Below are positions 52,812 to 63,379 of a stretch of DNA of 64,000 nucleotides, piece by piece. The notes beneath the pieces were generated by a model that was given only the letters and a program-made list of their open reading frames with translations, ran no database searches and was not told the origin of the DNA. The position numbers and the translations under genes were made by a program. The stretch spans positions 53,642,464 through 53,706,463 of the forward strand of contig NC_043011.1 of NCBI RefSeq assembly GCF_006345805.1. Direction: 5' to 3'. The first letter of the stretch is position 1. Each line of letters opens with the position of its first letter. The stretch is from Octopus sinensis (taxonomy: Eukaryota).

Positions 52812-53320
52812 TTCACATAAAAACAAAAGATGAAGACAGGTGGTGTAGACAACAACAAACAGATGTATTAGTTTAATGCTTGGGAAGTGAAAATGTCTTT
52901 AATGTTTCGAGCCCTACACTCTTCCACAGAAAGAAACAAGGAGAGAAAATAAAGAATGTGTAGTGGCTAGCGATCTGTCATGGCGAATGCCTGACAGAAG
53001 GGTCACACGGGAGCTAGGAAGAAGCAAGGATGATAAAGTAGTGGTGATCCCAGAACGAAGGTGCGCATGCATATGTATAAGAGAGTTTGTATGTGCATGT
53101 GGAAGAGGGCTGGTGATCTTGATGGGTGCGTGTGTGTAGGTGTGAAAATGTAGGGCTGGGAAGTGGTTAGTGGTGTGATGGTGTTAAGGGGTGGGGTAGA
53201 TGTGGGAGTGGGTGTAAGGGGTGGGGTGGAAAGGATAAGGAAGATGGGGTTGGAATGTGTGTGAGTGTTGGAAATGTCATATCTGTTGCCAGATAGTTTA
53301 TAATGCAATTTCCTTTAAAC
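52812..53320 (-). mobile_element. Penelope-like element remnant
   Basis: 52812-52960 is the reverse complement of 51195-51340. The contiguous G-rich segment is included by adjacency only. Confidence 0.55.
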
Positions 53321-53904
53321 TCTCTTTTATATATATATCTATCTGTATATCTATAGTTGTCTATATAGATGCAGATATGACCGTGTAGTTAAGAAGCCCA
53401 CTTTGTTGCCACATGGTTTTGGGTTCAGTCCCACTGTGCAGTGTATTGGGGCAAGAGATTTCTGCTATACCCTGCATTGTGATTAAATTTAATCGATGGA
53501 AACCGTGTGGAAGTCCACAGTATCACTATCTGTCTATATATGTTCTTCATTATCTCTACGTCTGCTTTTTGTTTGCTGTCATGTGTTGGAAGAGACTTCT
53601 CAACGCAATATTCTGTGGCCAGATTGCCCTTCCTCGAATAAATCCTGTTTTCAATGTTTATATAGAGAGTTACTACTACTACTACTACTTCCAAAGTGAT
53701 GTGATGTCGATGGCATACAAAATTTTCCCACTGACCAGTCCTGTCCAGATCCTTGTCTTAGACCACATTCATATCATCCTCTCAGTGTCACATTTTTATT
53801 GTTTACAGCCATGCAAGTCTTCTGCTTGTTTGTCATCTTCTTCCTTCTCCACCATCTTGGTCTTGCATTATATTCTCTCCGGTTGGATATGTAAAATATC
53901 TTTC

Positions 53905-54093
53905 AGCACTTATTTGTTTCATTTGTTGGACTGCGGCCATACTGGGGCATGCCATCCAAGGTTTAGTTGAACAAATTAACCCCACAACTTGTTAATGTCT
54001 AGTACTTATTCTATTGGTCACTTTTGCTGAACTGTTAAGTTACAAGGATGAAAACAAAGTAACACTGGTTGTCAAGTACTGGTGGGTGACATA
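53905..54093 (-). mobile_element. SINE family A 3' half; a separate + strand 5' half lies at 53378-53520
   Basis: Reverse-complement tail to ctggttgtcaagtac. Confidence 0.7.
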
Positions 54094-54305
54094 AGGCGGT
54101 GAGCTGGCAGAATCGTTAGCACAGCGGGCGAAATGCGTAGCAGTATTTCGTCTGTCTTTACGATCTGAGTTCGAATTCCGCCGAGGTCGACTTTGCCTTT
54201 CATCCTTTCGGGGTTGATAAAATAAGTACTAGTGAAACACTGGGGTCGACATGATCGACTAGTCCCCTCCCCACAAATCTGAGGCCTTGTGCCTAAAGTA
54301 GAAAG
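54094..54305 (+). mobile_element. SINE family B, young full-length copy
   Basis: ggcggtgagctggcagaatcgttagc...gtgcctaaagtagaaag with many CpGs retained. Confidence 0.9.
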
Positions 54306-54448
54306 CATATGTCACCCACCAGTACTTACATATGTTTAACAAATTCTGGAAAAAATGGTGAAGGCGGTGAACCTTTGTTGTTATTCAGTTGGTGTCTGGA
54401 ACATAAATTGACATGAAATTTCAAAAGAAGCTTTTAATTTAGTTCACT

Positions 54449-54676
54449 TGAACCCTTAGCATTCAGATTACTCTTTTAAATGTAGCGTTCATTTATTCAC
54501 GTAGTTTTAAATGGATCATACATTATCTCATTGCGCTGACATTTCAATGACGTGACTGTTTGTTTTTAGAATGACATTGTAGGACAGGAGTGAGAGGCAG
54601 AATCTGGCCAGATTGAACACAAAGCAAGTAGAATATCGGGGCCAAATATGGCCTGTTATAAAAGCTAAAGGGTTAA
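54449..54676 (-). mobile_element. MITE family 1, opposite orientation
   Basis: cccttagcattcagattac...gctaaagggTTAA. Confidence 0.8.
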
Positions 54677-54804
54677 AGTAGGAAATTTGTATTACAGTAT
54701 CATGGCTATCCCAAGGGTTAATTGTCAGAGCAGGACTCTGCTCCAAACACCACCATTGATAAAACCATTGATACAAAGAGCCTTATTTAATATGTGTCAT
54801 TAGA

Positions 54805-55012
54805 GAGGTGGTGAGCTGGCAGAATCGTTAGCACGCCAGGCAAAATACTAAGTGGCATTTCATTCATCGGAGTTCAAATTCCACCAAAGTCGATTTTTAC
54901 CTTTCATCCTTTTGGGGTTGATAAAAAAAGCACCAGTTGAGTACTGGGATTGATGTCATTGATTACCCATCTGCCCCTAAATTGCTGGTCTTGTGCCAAA
55001 ATTCGAAACCAA
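54805..55012 (+). mobile_element. SINE family B
   Basis: Collinear with 54094-54305. Confidence 0.85.
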
Positions 55013-55497
55013 TATATGTCATTAGTTTATGTGACTTTACAACAGTATAGCCATTGCTTGATGTCTCTGAATTAATTTTAAAGTGATACCTCAATCCATC
55101 AGTGTATTTCCTTTAATAAACTCTTTTCATTGTTACCACCATGTTGCTCTTCCAGGATTTGATTTTTAGGTCAACCCTTTTTAAAAATTTTTTCTAAATC
55201 TCTCTATCTATCAGGACTGACAGATTACACGTTGATCTGCTCAAATGACCACATTATCTGCATAAAAGGTAATCTGCCCATCAACTCCCCCACCCCCAAT
55301 TCCTTCTTTTCTCTTACAATATATTTTCTGAGTCTAAGAACTACAAACACCAGAGGAAACAAGACATTGCCCTGCAGCATGCGACTCTAAATTCTCAATT
55401 CTTGTGATTAATGCCGGTCAACATACACTCAACATGTACTGTCATTGTTTGATTCCCTTTATAATATGGATATATTTCTTTGGTAATCCATAGTTCC

Positions 55498-55930
55498 TTA
55501 ACCCTTTAGCATTTAAACAGACCATATCAGGCCAAAATATTCTTCTGGCTCTATGTTCAAACTGATCAGATCCAGCCTCTCACACCTCTCCTACAATGTC
55601 ATTCTAAAAATAAACAATCACATTATTGAAATCTCAAAGCCATGAGATTATGCATGATTAATTCCAAACAATGTGACTAAATAAGCATTACATTTAACAG
55701 AGTAATCTGAATGCTAAAGGGTTGAGCCAGCCATATCTGGCCTGAATATTCTTCCTGTTTTGTGTTCAAACTGGCCAGATCTGGCCTGTCATACCCATCC
55801 TACTATGCCATTCTGAAAATAAACAATCACATCATCAAAATCTCAAAGCTATAAGATAATGCACAATTAATTCAAAACAGTGTAAATAAATAAGTCTTAC
55901 ATCTGACAGTAACCTGAATGCTAAACAGTA
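55498..55930 (+). mobile_element. MITE family 1, full copy plus tandem partial copy
   Basis: TTAAccctttagcatt...aatgctaaagggttga (to ~55724), then a second unit lacking its left end. Confidence 0.85.
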
Positions 55931-56182
55931 AAAACTCTTCCATGTTGGCCAGTGTGAAGGTTTTCTCAAAGTCCACAAATATCATTATCAGGAATGAGGC
56001 GAGGTGTTCTGAATCTGACAGTTAAATTCTATAAAGTAATGCAAAAACATGGCCATTGCAACTCCTAGATTTTCTAAATCCTCCTTACTCCATATTTCAA
56101 CATTGGATCTTGAGAATTTCAGATTCTATTCAGTACAATTCCTTTCCAATTCCCTCAGTCTCTTAGAGCGTACTTCCTCTTT

Positions 56183-56581
56183 ACTCTTTTACTCTTTTAC
56201 ATGTTTCAGCCATTTGACTGCGGCCATGCTGGAGCACTGCCTTTAATCGAGCAACTCGACCCTGGGACTTATTCTTTTGTAAGCCCAGTACTTATTCTAT
56301 CGGTCTCTTTTGCCGAACCGCTAAGTAACGGGGACATAAACACACCAGCATCAGTTGTCAAGCAATACTAAGGGGACAAACACAGACACACAAACATACA
56401 TGCACACATACATATATACGACGGGCTTCTTTCAGTTTCCGTCTACCAAATCCACTCACAAGGCTTTGGTCGGCCCGAGGCTATAGTAGAAGACACTTGC
56501 CCAAGGTGCCATGCAGTCGGACCGAACCCTGAATCATGTGGTTGGTAAACAAGCTACTTACGACACAGCCACTCCTGCGCC
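56183..56581 (-). mobile_element. SINE family A, young full-length copy
   Basis: Near-identical to the reverse complement of 88-499. Confidence 0.92.
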
Positions 56582-56711
56582 TATAGTAGTTTTCATCATC
56601 ATCCCGTTTCCAATCTTCTGTAGCCCCCAGCATCCAATATTTCCTAGAACAGTTTACATAAAAGATGTAACATACCATCAGTGTTGGCTTTCTAAGTATT
56701 TCTATTATTTA

Positions 56712-56930
56712 AGGCAGTTGGCTGGGAGAATTGTTAGCAAGCCAGGCAAAAAATGCTTTGTGGCATTCCATTTGTCTACGTTCTGAGTTCAAATACCACT
56801 GAGGTTCACTTTGGCTTCTATCCTTTCGAGGTCAATAAAATAAGTACCACTTGAACACTGGGGGTCAATGTAATCAGCTTACCTCTTCCCCCGAAATTGC
56901 TGGCCTTGTGCCATAATTCGAAACCAATAT
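56712..56930 (+). mobile_element. SINE family B
   Basis: Collinear with consensus. Confidence 0.8.
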
Positions 56931-56951
56931 TTCTGTTATTATTCCATCTTA

Positions 56952-57366
56952 TTGCTTTATTGCCCACAAGGGGCTAAACATAGAAGGGACAAACAAGGAC
57001 AGACAAAAGGATTCAGTCGATTACATCGATCCCAGTGCGTAACTGGTACTTAATTTATCGACCCCGAAAGGATGAAGGGCAAAGTCGACCTCGGCAGAAT
57101 TTTAACTCAGAACGTAACGGCAGACGAAATACCTATTTCTTTACTACCCACAAGGGGTTAAACACAGAAGGGACAAACAAGGACAGACAAACGGATTAAG
57201 TCGATTACATCGACCCCAGTGCGTAACTGGTACTTAATTTATCGACTCCGAAAGGGTGAAAGGCAAAGTCGACCTTGGCGGAATTTGAACTCAGAACGTA
57301 TCAGCAGACGAAATACCGCTAAGCTTTTCGCCTGGCGTGCTAACGATTCTGCCAGCTCGCTGCCTT
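56952..57366 (-). mobile_element. SINE family B variant with a different tail, head-to-tail dimer
   Basis: Two ~190-bp units (cccacaagggg...cagacgaaatacc); only the second carries the tRNA-like head. A partial copy lies at 62980-63122. Confidence 0.85.
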
Positions 57367-57594
57367 ATTACTCCATCTGGTCCAGGAGTGTTTCAGTTCT
57401 TCAGCTGCTGAAGTGCTCTCTTAGACTCTCTTACCATTATGTTATTCTTGCTTTGTCAAAGGGTTTTGTTTCTTCATTACAGTTTGTCCCCAGGATTCTT
57501 TTACTCAATTCTCTGAAATTATGAGTTCTACACAGAGGGTATATATACTGGCAGCCCTTTTGGTTTCTTTCCTACAACAGTGATATGAATATGT

Positions 57595-57735
57595 CATCAT
57601 CATCGTTTAGCGTCCGTTTTCCATGGTAGCATGGGTTGGACGGTTCAACTGGGGCCTGTGAAGCCAGAAGGCTTCATCAGGCCTAGTCAGATCTGGCAGT
57701 GTTTCTACGGCTGGATGCCCTTCCTAACGCCAACT
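57595..57735 (-). mobile_element. Family C retroposon, truncated
   Basis: catcatcgtttagcgtccg...ggatgcccttcctaacgccaac. Confidence 0.85.
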
Positions 57736-57766
57736 AATATATGTATGTATATACATACATGTGGAG

Positions 57767-58066
57767 GTGCAATGGCCCAGTGGTTATGGCAGTGGCCTCG
57801 TGGTCATAGGATCGCAGTTTCAATTCCCAGACCGGGCGTTGTGAGTGTTTATTGAGCGAAAACACCTAAAAGCTCCACGAGGCTCCGGCAGGGGGTGGTG
57901 ATCCCTGCTGTACTCTTTCACCACTTTTTCTCTCACTCTTTCTTCTGTTGGCCTGCTTGCTTAGCCAGCGGGGTGGCATCATTCGAAGGCTAAAACAATG
58001 CGAACACATTGTGACCAGCGAATGTGTAACAACATCTGATGGTCTGGTCGGTCACGTGATCACATG
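57767..58066 (+). mobile_element. tRNA-derived SINE, distinct family related to D in its head
   Basis: ggaggtgcaatggcccagtggtt A box, gtttcaattccc B box, ttgagcgaaaacacct; CpG-rich ~300-bp unit. Confidence 0.7.
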
Positions 58067-58072
58067 GTATAC

Positions 58073-58680
58073 ATATTTCTAGGTTTTTGTGAAAATTTGT
58101 TGGTACACAACCCAATGCACCTATGATGGTGGGTACAAATGAGAATTCATAGTCAGGGTACAAGAGTTTTAAGTTCTGCATTAATTCGCCATAAATCTTC
58201 TCCTTCTCCTGGACTTTTGATTGTACCTTCACATCTGCTGGGAGCTGACCTCTACAACAGGGCCTGACTTTTGTTCCCTGTCTCACAGAACAATATCAGG
58301 TCTGTTATGTTTGCACCGAATTGATGTTTTTATCGGGGTGTTCTACCAGAAAAAGATTTTCTTGAGAGAGTTCAAGCTGGTTACTAATGAAGCAACAAGA
58401 CCTTTTTTTTTAGTTTAGAGAGTTTCTTGTGTTTGTCAATATGTGGTTAAGTTGGTGCGTTAAGTTGAACTGTCGATTCATACACCCAAGGATCTCAGAT
58501 GGAGAAGCTTTGGAATGTCTTACAAAATCTTCAGTGTTACTGATAAAATTGGATTTGGAGAATCCTCATCAGCTTCTTTTGCTCTTCCTCTGTGAAACTG
58601 AGTATTTCTAAGTTTTTGCGTAAATTTGTTGGTACCATAACTTAGTGCACCTCTCATGATAAGCACAACTGAAAATTTGT
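58073..58680 (-). mobile_element. R4/Dong-like (restriction-enzyme-like endonuclease) LINE 3' fragments, two diverged copies
   Basis: The minus strand reads CKHNRPDIVL*DREQK...VVEVS, frameshift, PADVKVQSKVQEKEKIYGELMQNLKLLYPDYEFSFVPTIIGALGCVP, the RPD...E...K..KY / P...GALG pattern. A second homologous stretch lies at ~58480-58680. Confidence 0.75.
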
Positions 58681-58761
58681 ATATATATGTATGCATGCAC
58701 GCTTGCATGCATGTATTGTTTTTTATATGTAATTATGATTTCTTACTACACGTACGCACAC

Positions 58762-58978
58762 CATCATCATCATCATCGTTTAACATCCTCTTTCCATGCT
58801 AACATGGGTTGGACGATTTGACTGAGGTCTAGCGAACCAGACGGCCGCACCAGACACCAATCTGATCTTGCAGAGTTTCTACAGCTGGATGCCTTTCCTA
58901 ATGCCAACCACTCTGAGAGTGTAGTGGGTGCTTTTTACGTGCCACCGGCACGAGAGCCAGTCAGGCGGTACTGGCACA
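58762..58978 (-). mobile_element. Family C retroposon
   Basis: (cat)n tail through ggtgctttttacgtgccacc. Confidence 0.88.
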
Positions 58979-59724
58979 CAGTATTTGAGAAAAATGAATG
59001 CAGTAAAATTTCTTATTTGATGGCATAAAAGACACACGGACATACTAGACAAACCCCAATTTTAGCAGCGCATATTGAGGAAAAAAATTTTTTAGTGCAT
59101 TAAAGTTTATTGGAGTCCCAACTTGACATATAGGACCTGGTTTGATTTTTTTAAGGCACTTTAAAAAAAAAAAATATGAAGTACATCCTATTAGCTTTTC
59201 TCGCTATAAAACTGTTGCCTGGAATATGAATTAACATGAAATTTTGATGGAAAGTTTTAATAGATAGACAAATATAACAAAATGATTTGATAAAAAATGT
59301 GAATTTTTAATTATTTTCTGAGATTTTACAAAAACAACAAAACTAGAATTTTGTATCAGATGGGTGAATTGTGGATTCACAATTTGTGCCTACAGGTAAG
59401 TAATGCATGTATGCATGAGAGAGAAAGAGAGATCAGCTTTTTATATTTCCATGATAATGAAAGGTGAATCCATTAGGATTGCGTGTGACACAATTCTAAT
59501 GCCGAAATACAGTGTGAACCAAGATTAAGACCAGTGAGACTTTGTACCTGTGAAGAAAACCACCTGAAATGAAGAATTCATCTGTTTCTTCCTTGAACTG
59601 CTGTGTTATTCTTTAGTTCTGTATGCTGTCTTTGATTCCATTTCAGATCTGAGAGCCTGGTAAAACATAATTGTCTCCAAGATTTCTTGATTTAGTGCAA
59701 GTGAATCACAGGACTTGGTATTTA

Positions 59725-60010
59725 TGAGGGGATGCTGAAAAGTTCCTGGCTTTGGGTAAAAAAAAAGTACAAGAGGATCAGTTAATTATAATTTTATTCA
59801 ACATATTCAGCGGTGGTGCCCCAGCATGGCCGCGGCCTTCAGGCTAAAACATTTTTAAAGATTTAAGGATATTCCCCTCTCAGTTTCATACTTATTGCAG
59901 CAGTCCTTCAGTTTTTCTAAGCCCCCTTGTAAAAAAAAAATCAGAGAGTTGGGCCCCCAACCAGGCCTTTCAGGATACCTTTAAAGCCAGGAATTTTCAG
60001 CTCCCCCTCG
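59725..60010. mobile_element. Tc1/mariner MITE with TA duplication
   Basis: TA|tgaggggatgctgaaaagttcctggcttt ... aaagccaggaattttcagctccccctcg|TA, TIRs of about 28 bp. Confidence 0.85.
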
Positions 60011-60276
60011 TATCTACATCTACTTCAGGTTCTCTTTGTTTTAATTTGTTTTCTTTAAAACATTTTTTCAGACAAGGATAATGGCATGTAATTATTCTCA
60101 ATAAATATTTTGCTTTAGCATTCTCTCCTCCAAGGACATTGCATGTTTTAACAAACTGTTGTTTATGTTGCTGTTGTTGTTTAACCCCAGGTCAGTTTTC
60201 ATTAAACACAGCCATGATCAATGGTATTTCAGCTTTAACCATCAGGGACAGTATTGTGCAGTGTTTCCTACATAAG

Positions 60277-60688
60277 TTAAACCCTTTTATTGCCATATTT
60301 CTTTTGGAATAGACTGCTTTTGTTTCAATTCATTTTGAAAATAATGAATTAAAAGCTGTTGTTAGGAACATAAACTAAGATGAAAACCACTTTAAAACAG
60401 GGATCTAGTACCTTAACCCTTTCGTTACCAACCCGGCTGAAACTAGCTCTGGCTTTGTAGTACAAATGTCTTGTTTCCATAAGTTTTGTATTAAAATCTT
60501 CTACCAAACCTTAACCACAATTTATGTTCCTAACATTAACTGAATGATAACTAAGTTATTTTACTAAATTCTTTGTTATATTTAAAGTAATTGAGAGAAA
60601 CACAGAGCATCTCAACAAAAATACAGTAGCGAAAGGGTTAAAACAAGAAATAATCTCAGCTGGTTTGGGTTGGTATCAAAAGGGTTAA
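60277..60688 (+). mobile_element. MITE family 2 containing TTAA-MITE family 3 (60413-60641)
   Basis: Inner TIRs TTAAccctttcgttac / gtagcgaaagggTTAA; the outer element ends ggtatcaaaagggTTAA. Confidence 0.8.
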
Positions 60689-61377
60689 AATTTTGGGAGT
60701 TTGCTTGCCATTTCCTTGGACAGTAAACGCTGAAATTCCTGTCTTTTGCATTAGACAAGGAAACTACCATTCCAAGTCATCCAATCTATAAAATGAAGAA
60801 GGCAAACATTGATACAAATTGGATTTTTATGTAAAAAGGGGTCTAAATGGAGCTGGAATGGGGATTAAAATTTACAGGAGGGGGTTGGTAACTTGAGGTA
60901 AGAAATTGATTGGGAGATGTTTTGGGGTGCTACAGTGGTTGCATTGCTGTGAAAACGGGAATTTTATTGATTTTGAGGACACTTGGGGGAGTCTAGATTG
61001 GACACCTTTTGCTCGATTTCAATCAAATTTTCAACATGGTAAAGTGGAAGCGGATTTGTAATTCAAGCGCGGAAAATGAAGAAGGCGAACGTTGATACAA
61101 ATTGGATTTTTATGTAAAAAGGGGTCTAAATGGGTCTGGAAGAGGATAGGAAGCAACAGAAAGTAACAACCACACCCTCACCCGTGCATAGAGCGGGTCA
61201 CAGTATATGTGAATCATTGGCTTGCTGGACAAAATGCTTACTTAGTGGCATTTCTTCCAATGCCATTGAGGTCAGCTTTGCTTTTCATTGTCTTGGAGTC
61301 AATAAAATAAATACCAGTTGAGCATTGGGGTTGATGTAATTGGATTGCTTCCCTTTCCTCAAGATTACTGGGTAAAT

Positions 61378-61457
61378 GTCTTCTATTATAGCCTTGGATG
61401 ACCAGAGCCTTGTGAGTGGATTTGGTAGATAGAAACTGAAAGAAACACGTTATCTAT

Positions 61458-61541
<84 letters not shown>

Positions 61542-62118
61542 CACACTCAGATGGTGCTAAGAGCACCATCTGAGTGTGATCGTTGCCAGAGCAGGTAAGT
61601 GGCTTCTGTGCTGGTGGTACGTAAAAAGCACCATTGAAGCGTGATCGTTACCAGCGTCGCCTTACTGGCACTTGTGCTGGTGGCATGTGAAAAAAACATT
61701 TGAGCATGGCTGTTGCCAGTACTGCCTGACTGGCCCTTGTGCCAGTGGCACATAAAAGCACCCACTACACTCTCAGAGTGGTTGGCGTTAGGAAGGGCAT
61801 CCAGCTGTAGAAACTCTGCCAGATCAAGATTGGGGTCTGGTGCAGCCATCTGGTTCGCCAGTCCTCAGTCAAACCGCCCAACCCATGCTAGCATGGAAAG
61901 CAGACATTAAACAATGATGATGACACACACACATGTATTTATGTGTGTGTGTGTCTTTGTGTCTATGTTTGTCCACACATACCATTGCTTGACAACCAGT
62001 GTTGGTGTATTTATGTCCCCATAACGTAATGGTTTGGAAAAAAAGACCAATAGAACAAGTACTAGGTTTAAAAAAAAAGTCCTGGCTACTGTCAAATAAG
62101 TGAAACAAGTAAAAGAAT
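61378..62118 (+). mobile_element. SINE A with family C inserted in its central microsatellite (61543-61922)
   Basis: SINE A core, (CT)n(TA)n, the family C element, then the SINE A 3' half. Confidence 0.8.
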
Positions 62119-62208
62119 GAATACACAGTGTACGTATGTGAGAGAGGAGTGAGTTGAGTTTGGTTTGAACGAAAAGGGATTCTGAGGTCCTGCAGTGGTT
62201 ATATATAT

Positions 62209-62805
62209 AGGTGCAGGAGTGGCTGTGTGGTAAGAAGCTTGTTTACCAGCCACATGGTTCCGGGTTCAGTCCCACTGTGTGACACCTTGGGCAAGTGTCT
62301 TCTACTATAGCCTTGAGCTGACCAAAGCCTTGTGAGTGGATTTGGTTGTCAGAAACTGAAAGAAGCCCATTGTATATATATATATATATATTATTTTTTT
62401 TTTTTTTTTAGGGCACCAGTGCTGGTGGCATGTAAAAAGCACCCACTACACTCACAGAGTGGTTGGCATTAGGAAGAGCATCAAGCAGTAGAAACACTGC
62501 CAGATCAGACTGGAGCCTGGTGCAGCCACCTGGCTTCCTAGACCCCAGTCGAACTGTCCAACCCATGCTAGCATGGAAAACGGACGTTAAATGATGATAT
62601 GTGTCTGTGTTTGTCCCCACCACCACTTGACAACCAATGTTGGTGTGTTTATGTCCCCATAACTTAGCAGTTTGGCAAAAGAGATTAATAGAATAAGTAC
62701 TATGCTTACAAAGAATAAGTCTTGGGATCTAGTTCTTCGACTAAAATCCTTCCAGACAGTGCTCTAGCATGGCTGAAGTCAGATGACTGAAACAAGTAAA
62801 AAAAA
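62209..62805 (+). mobile_element. SINE A with family C inserted in its central microsatellite (62411-62597)
   Basis: Head at 62209, (TA)n/T tract, the family C element, then the 3' half from gtgtctgtgtttgtcccc. Confidence 0.85.
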
Positions 62806-63156
62806 TAAAATGATAATTAAAAACAAGATTTCTCTGTTTTCACTGAATTTTCCAATTTTTTGATCCCCTGAACTCTCATTCAATTATAAGTAACCAAATA
62901 TTACAAAGATGTGCACCCTGAACTCTTTAGCGTTCAGATTATTTTATCAAATATTTAGATAATGTTTATTTATTTTATAATTCTTTATTGCCCACAAGGG
63001 GCTAAACATAGAGGGGACAAACAAGGACAGACAAAGGGATTAAGTCGATTATATCGACCCCAGTGCGTAACTGGTACTTATTTTATCGGCCCCAAAAGGA
63101 TAAAAGGCAAAGTTGACCTCATAAAATTTTGATGGAAGATTATAGCTAAGACCACT

Positions 63157-63379
63157 TTAACCCTTTTGAGACACAGTGTTTTGGTATGTGTAGTCAAAAA
63201 GACCAACAATTTTTCCTATTGAGATATATCTACTGAAAGACGATCTCTGATTAGCTGTTACACTTCAAAACCAACCATTCACAAGATTTGTATCATCAGG
63301 CTGATGGATCGGCCTCAAAGTCCTTTCAGCTTGTGTCACTTGGGCCAATCAATTGGCCTGGGTGTCCCAAGAGGGTTAA
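63157..63379. mobile_element. TTAA-MITE family 4 inserted in a MITE family 2 remnant ending at 63442
   Basis: TIRs TTAAcccttttgagacac / gtgtcccaagagggTTAA (16 of 18 match); TTAA duplicated. Confidence 0.88.

Noticed and set aside
53003-53308. G-rich stretch as a Pro/Thr-rich gene or telomeric repeat
   Set aside because: It has no telomeric periodicity or splice signals, and is contiguous with a Penelope-like remnant.
53413-53970. 185-aa ORF, the longest non-ARID1 ORF
   Set aside because: It starts in a SINE A head, crosses a (TAC)n tract and ends in another SINE; no domain is recognisable.
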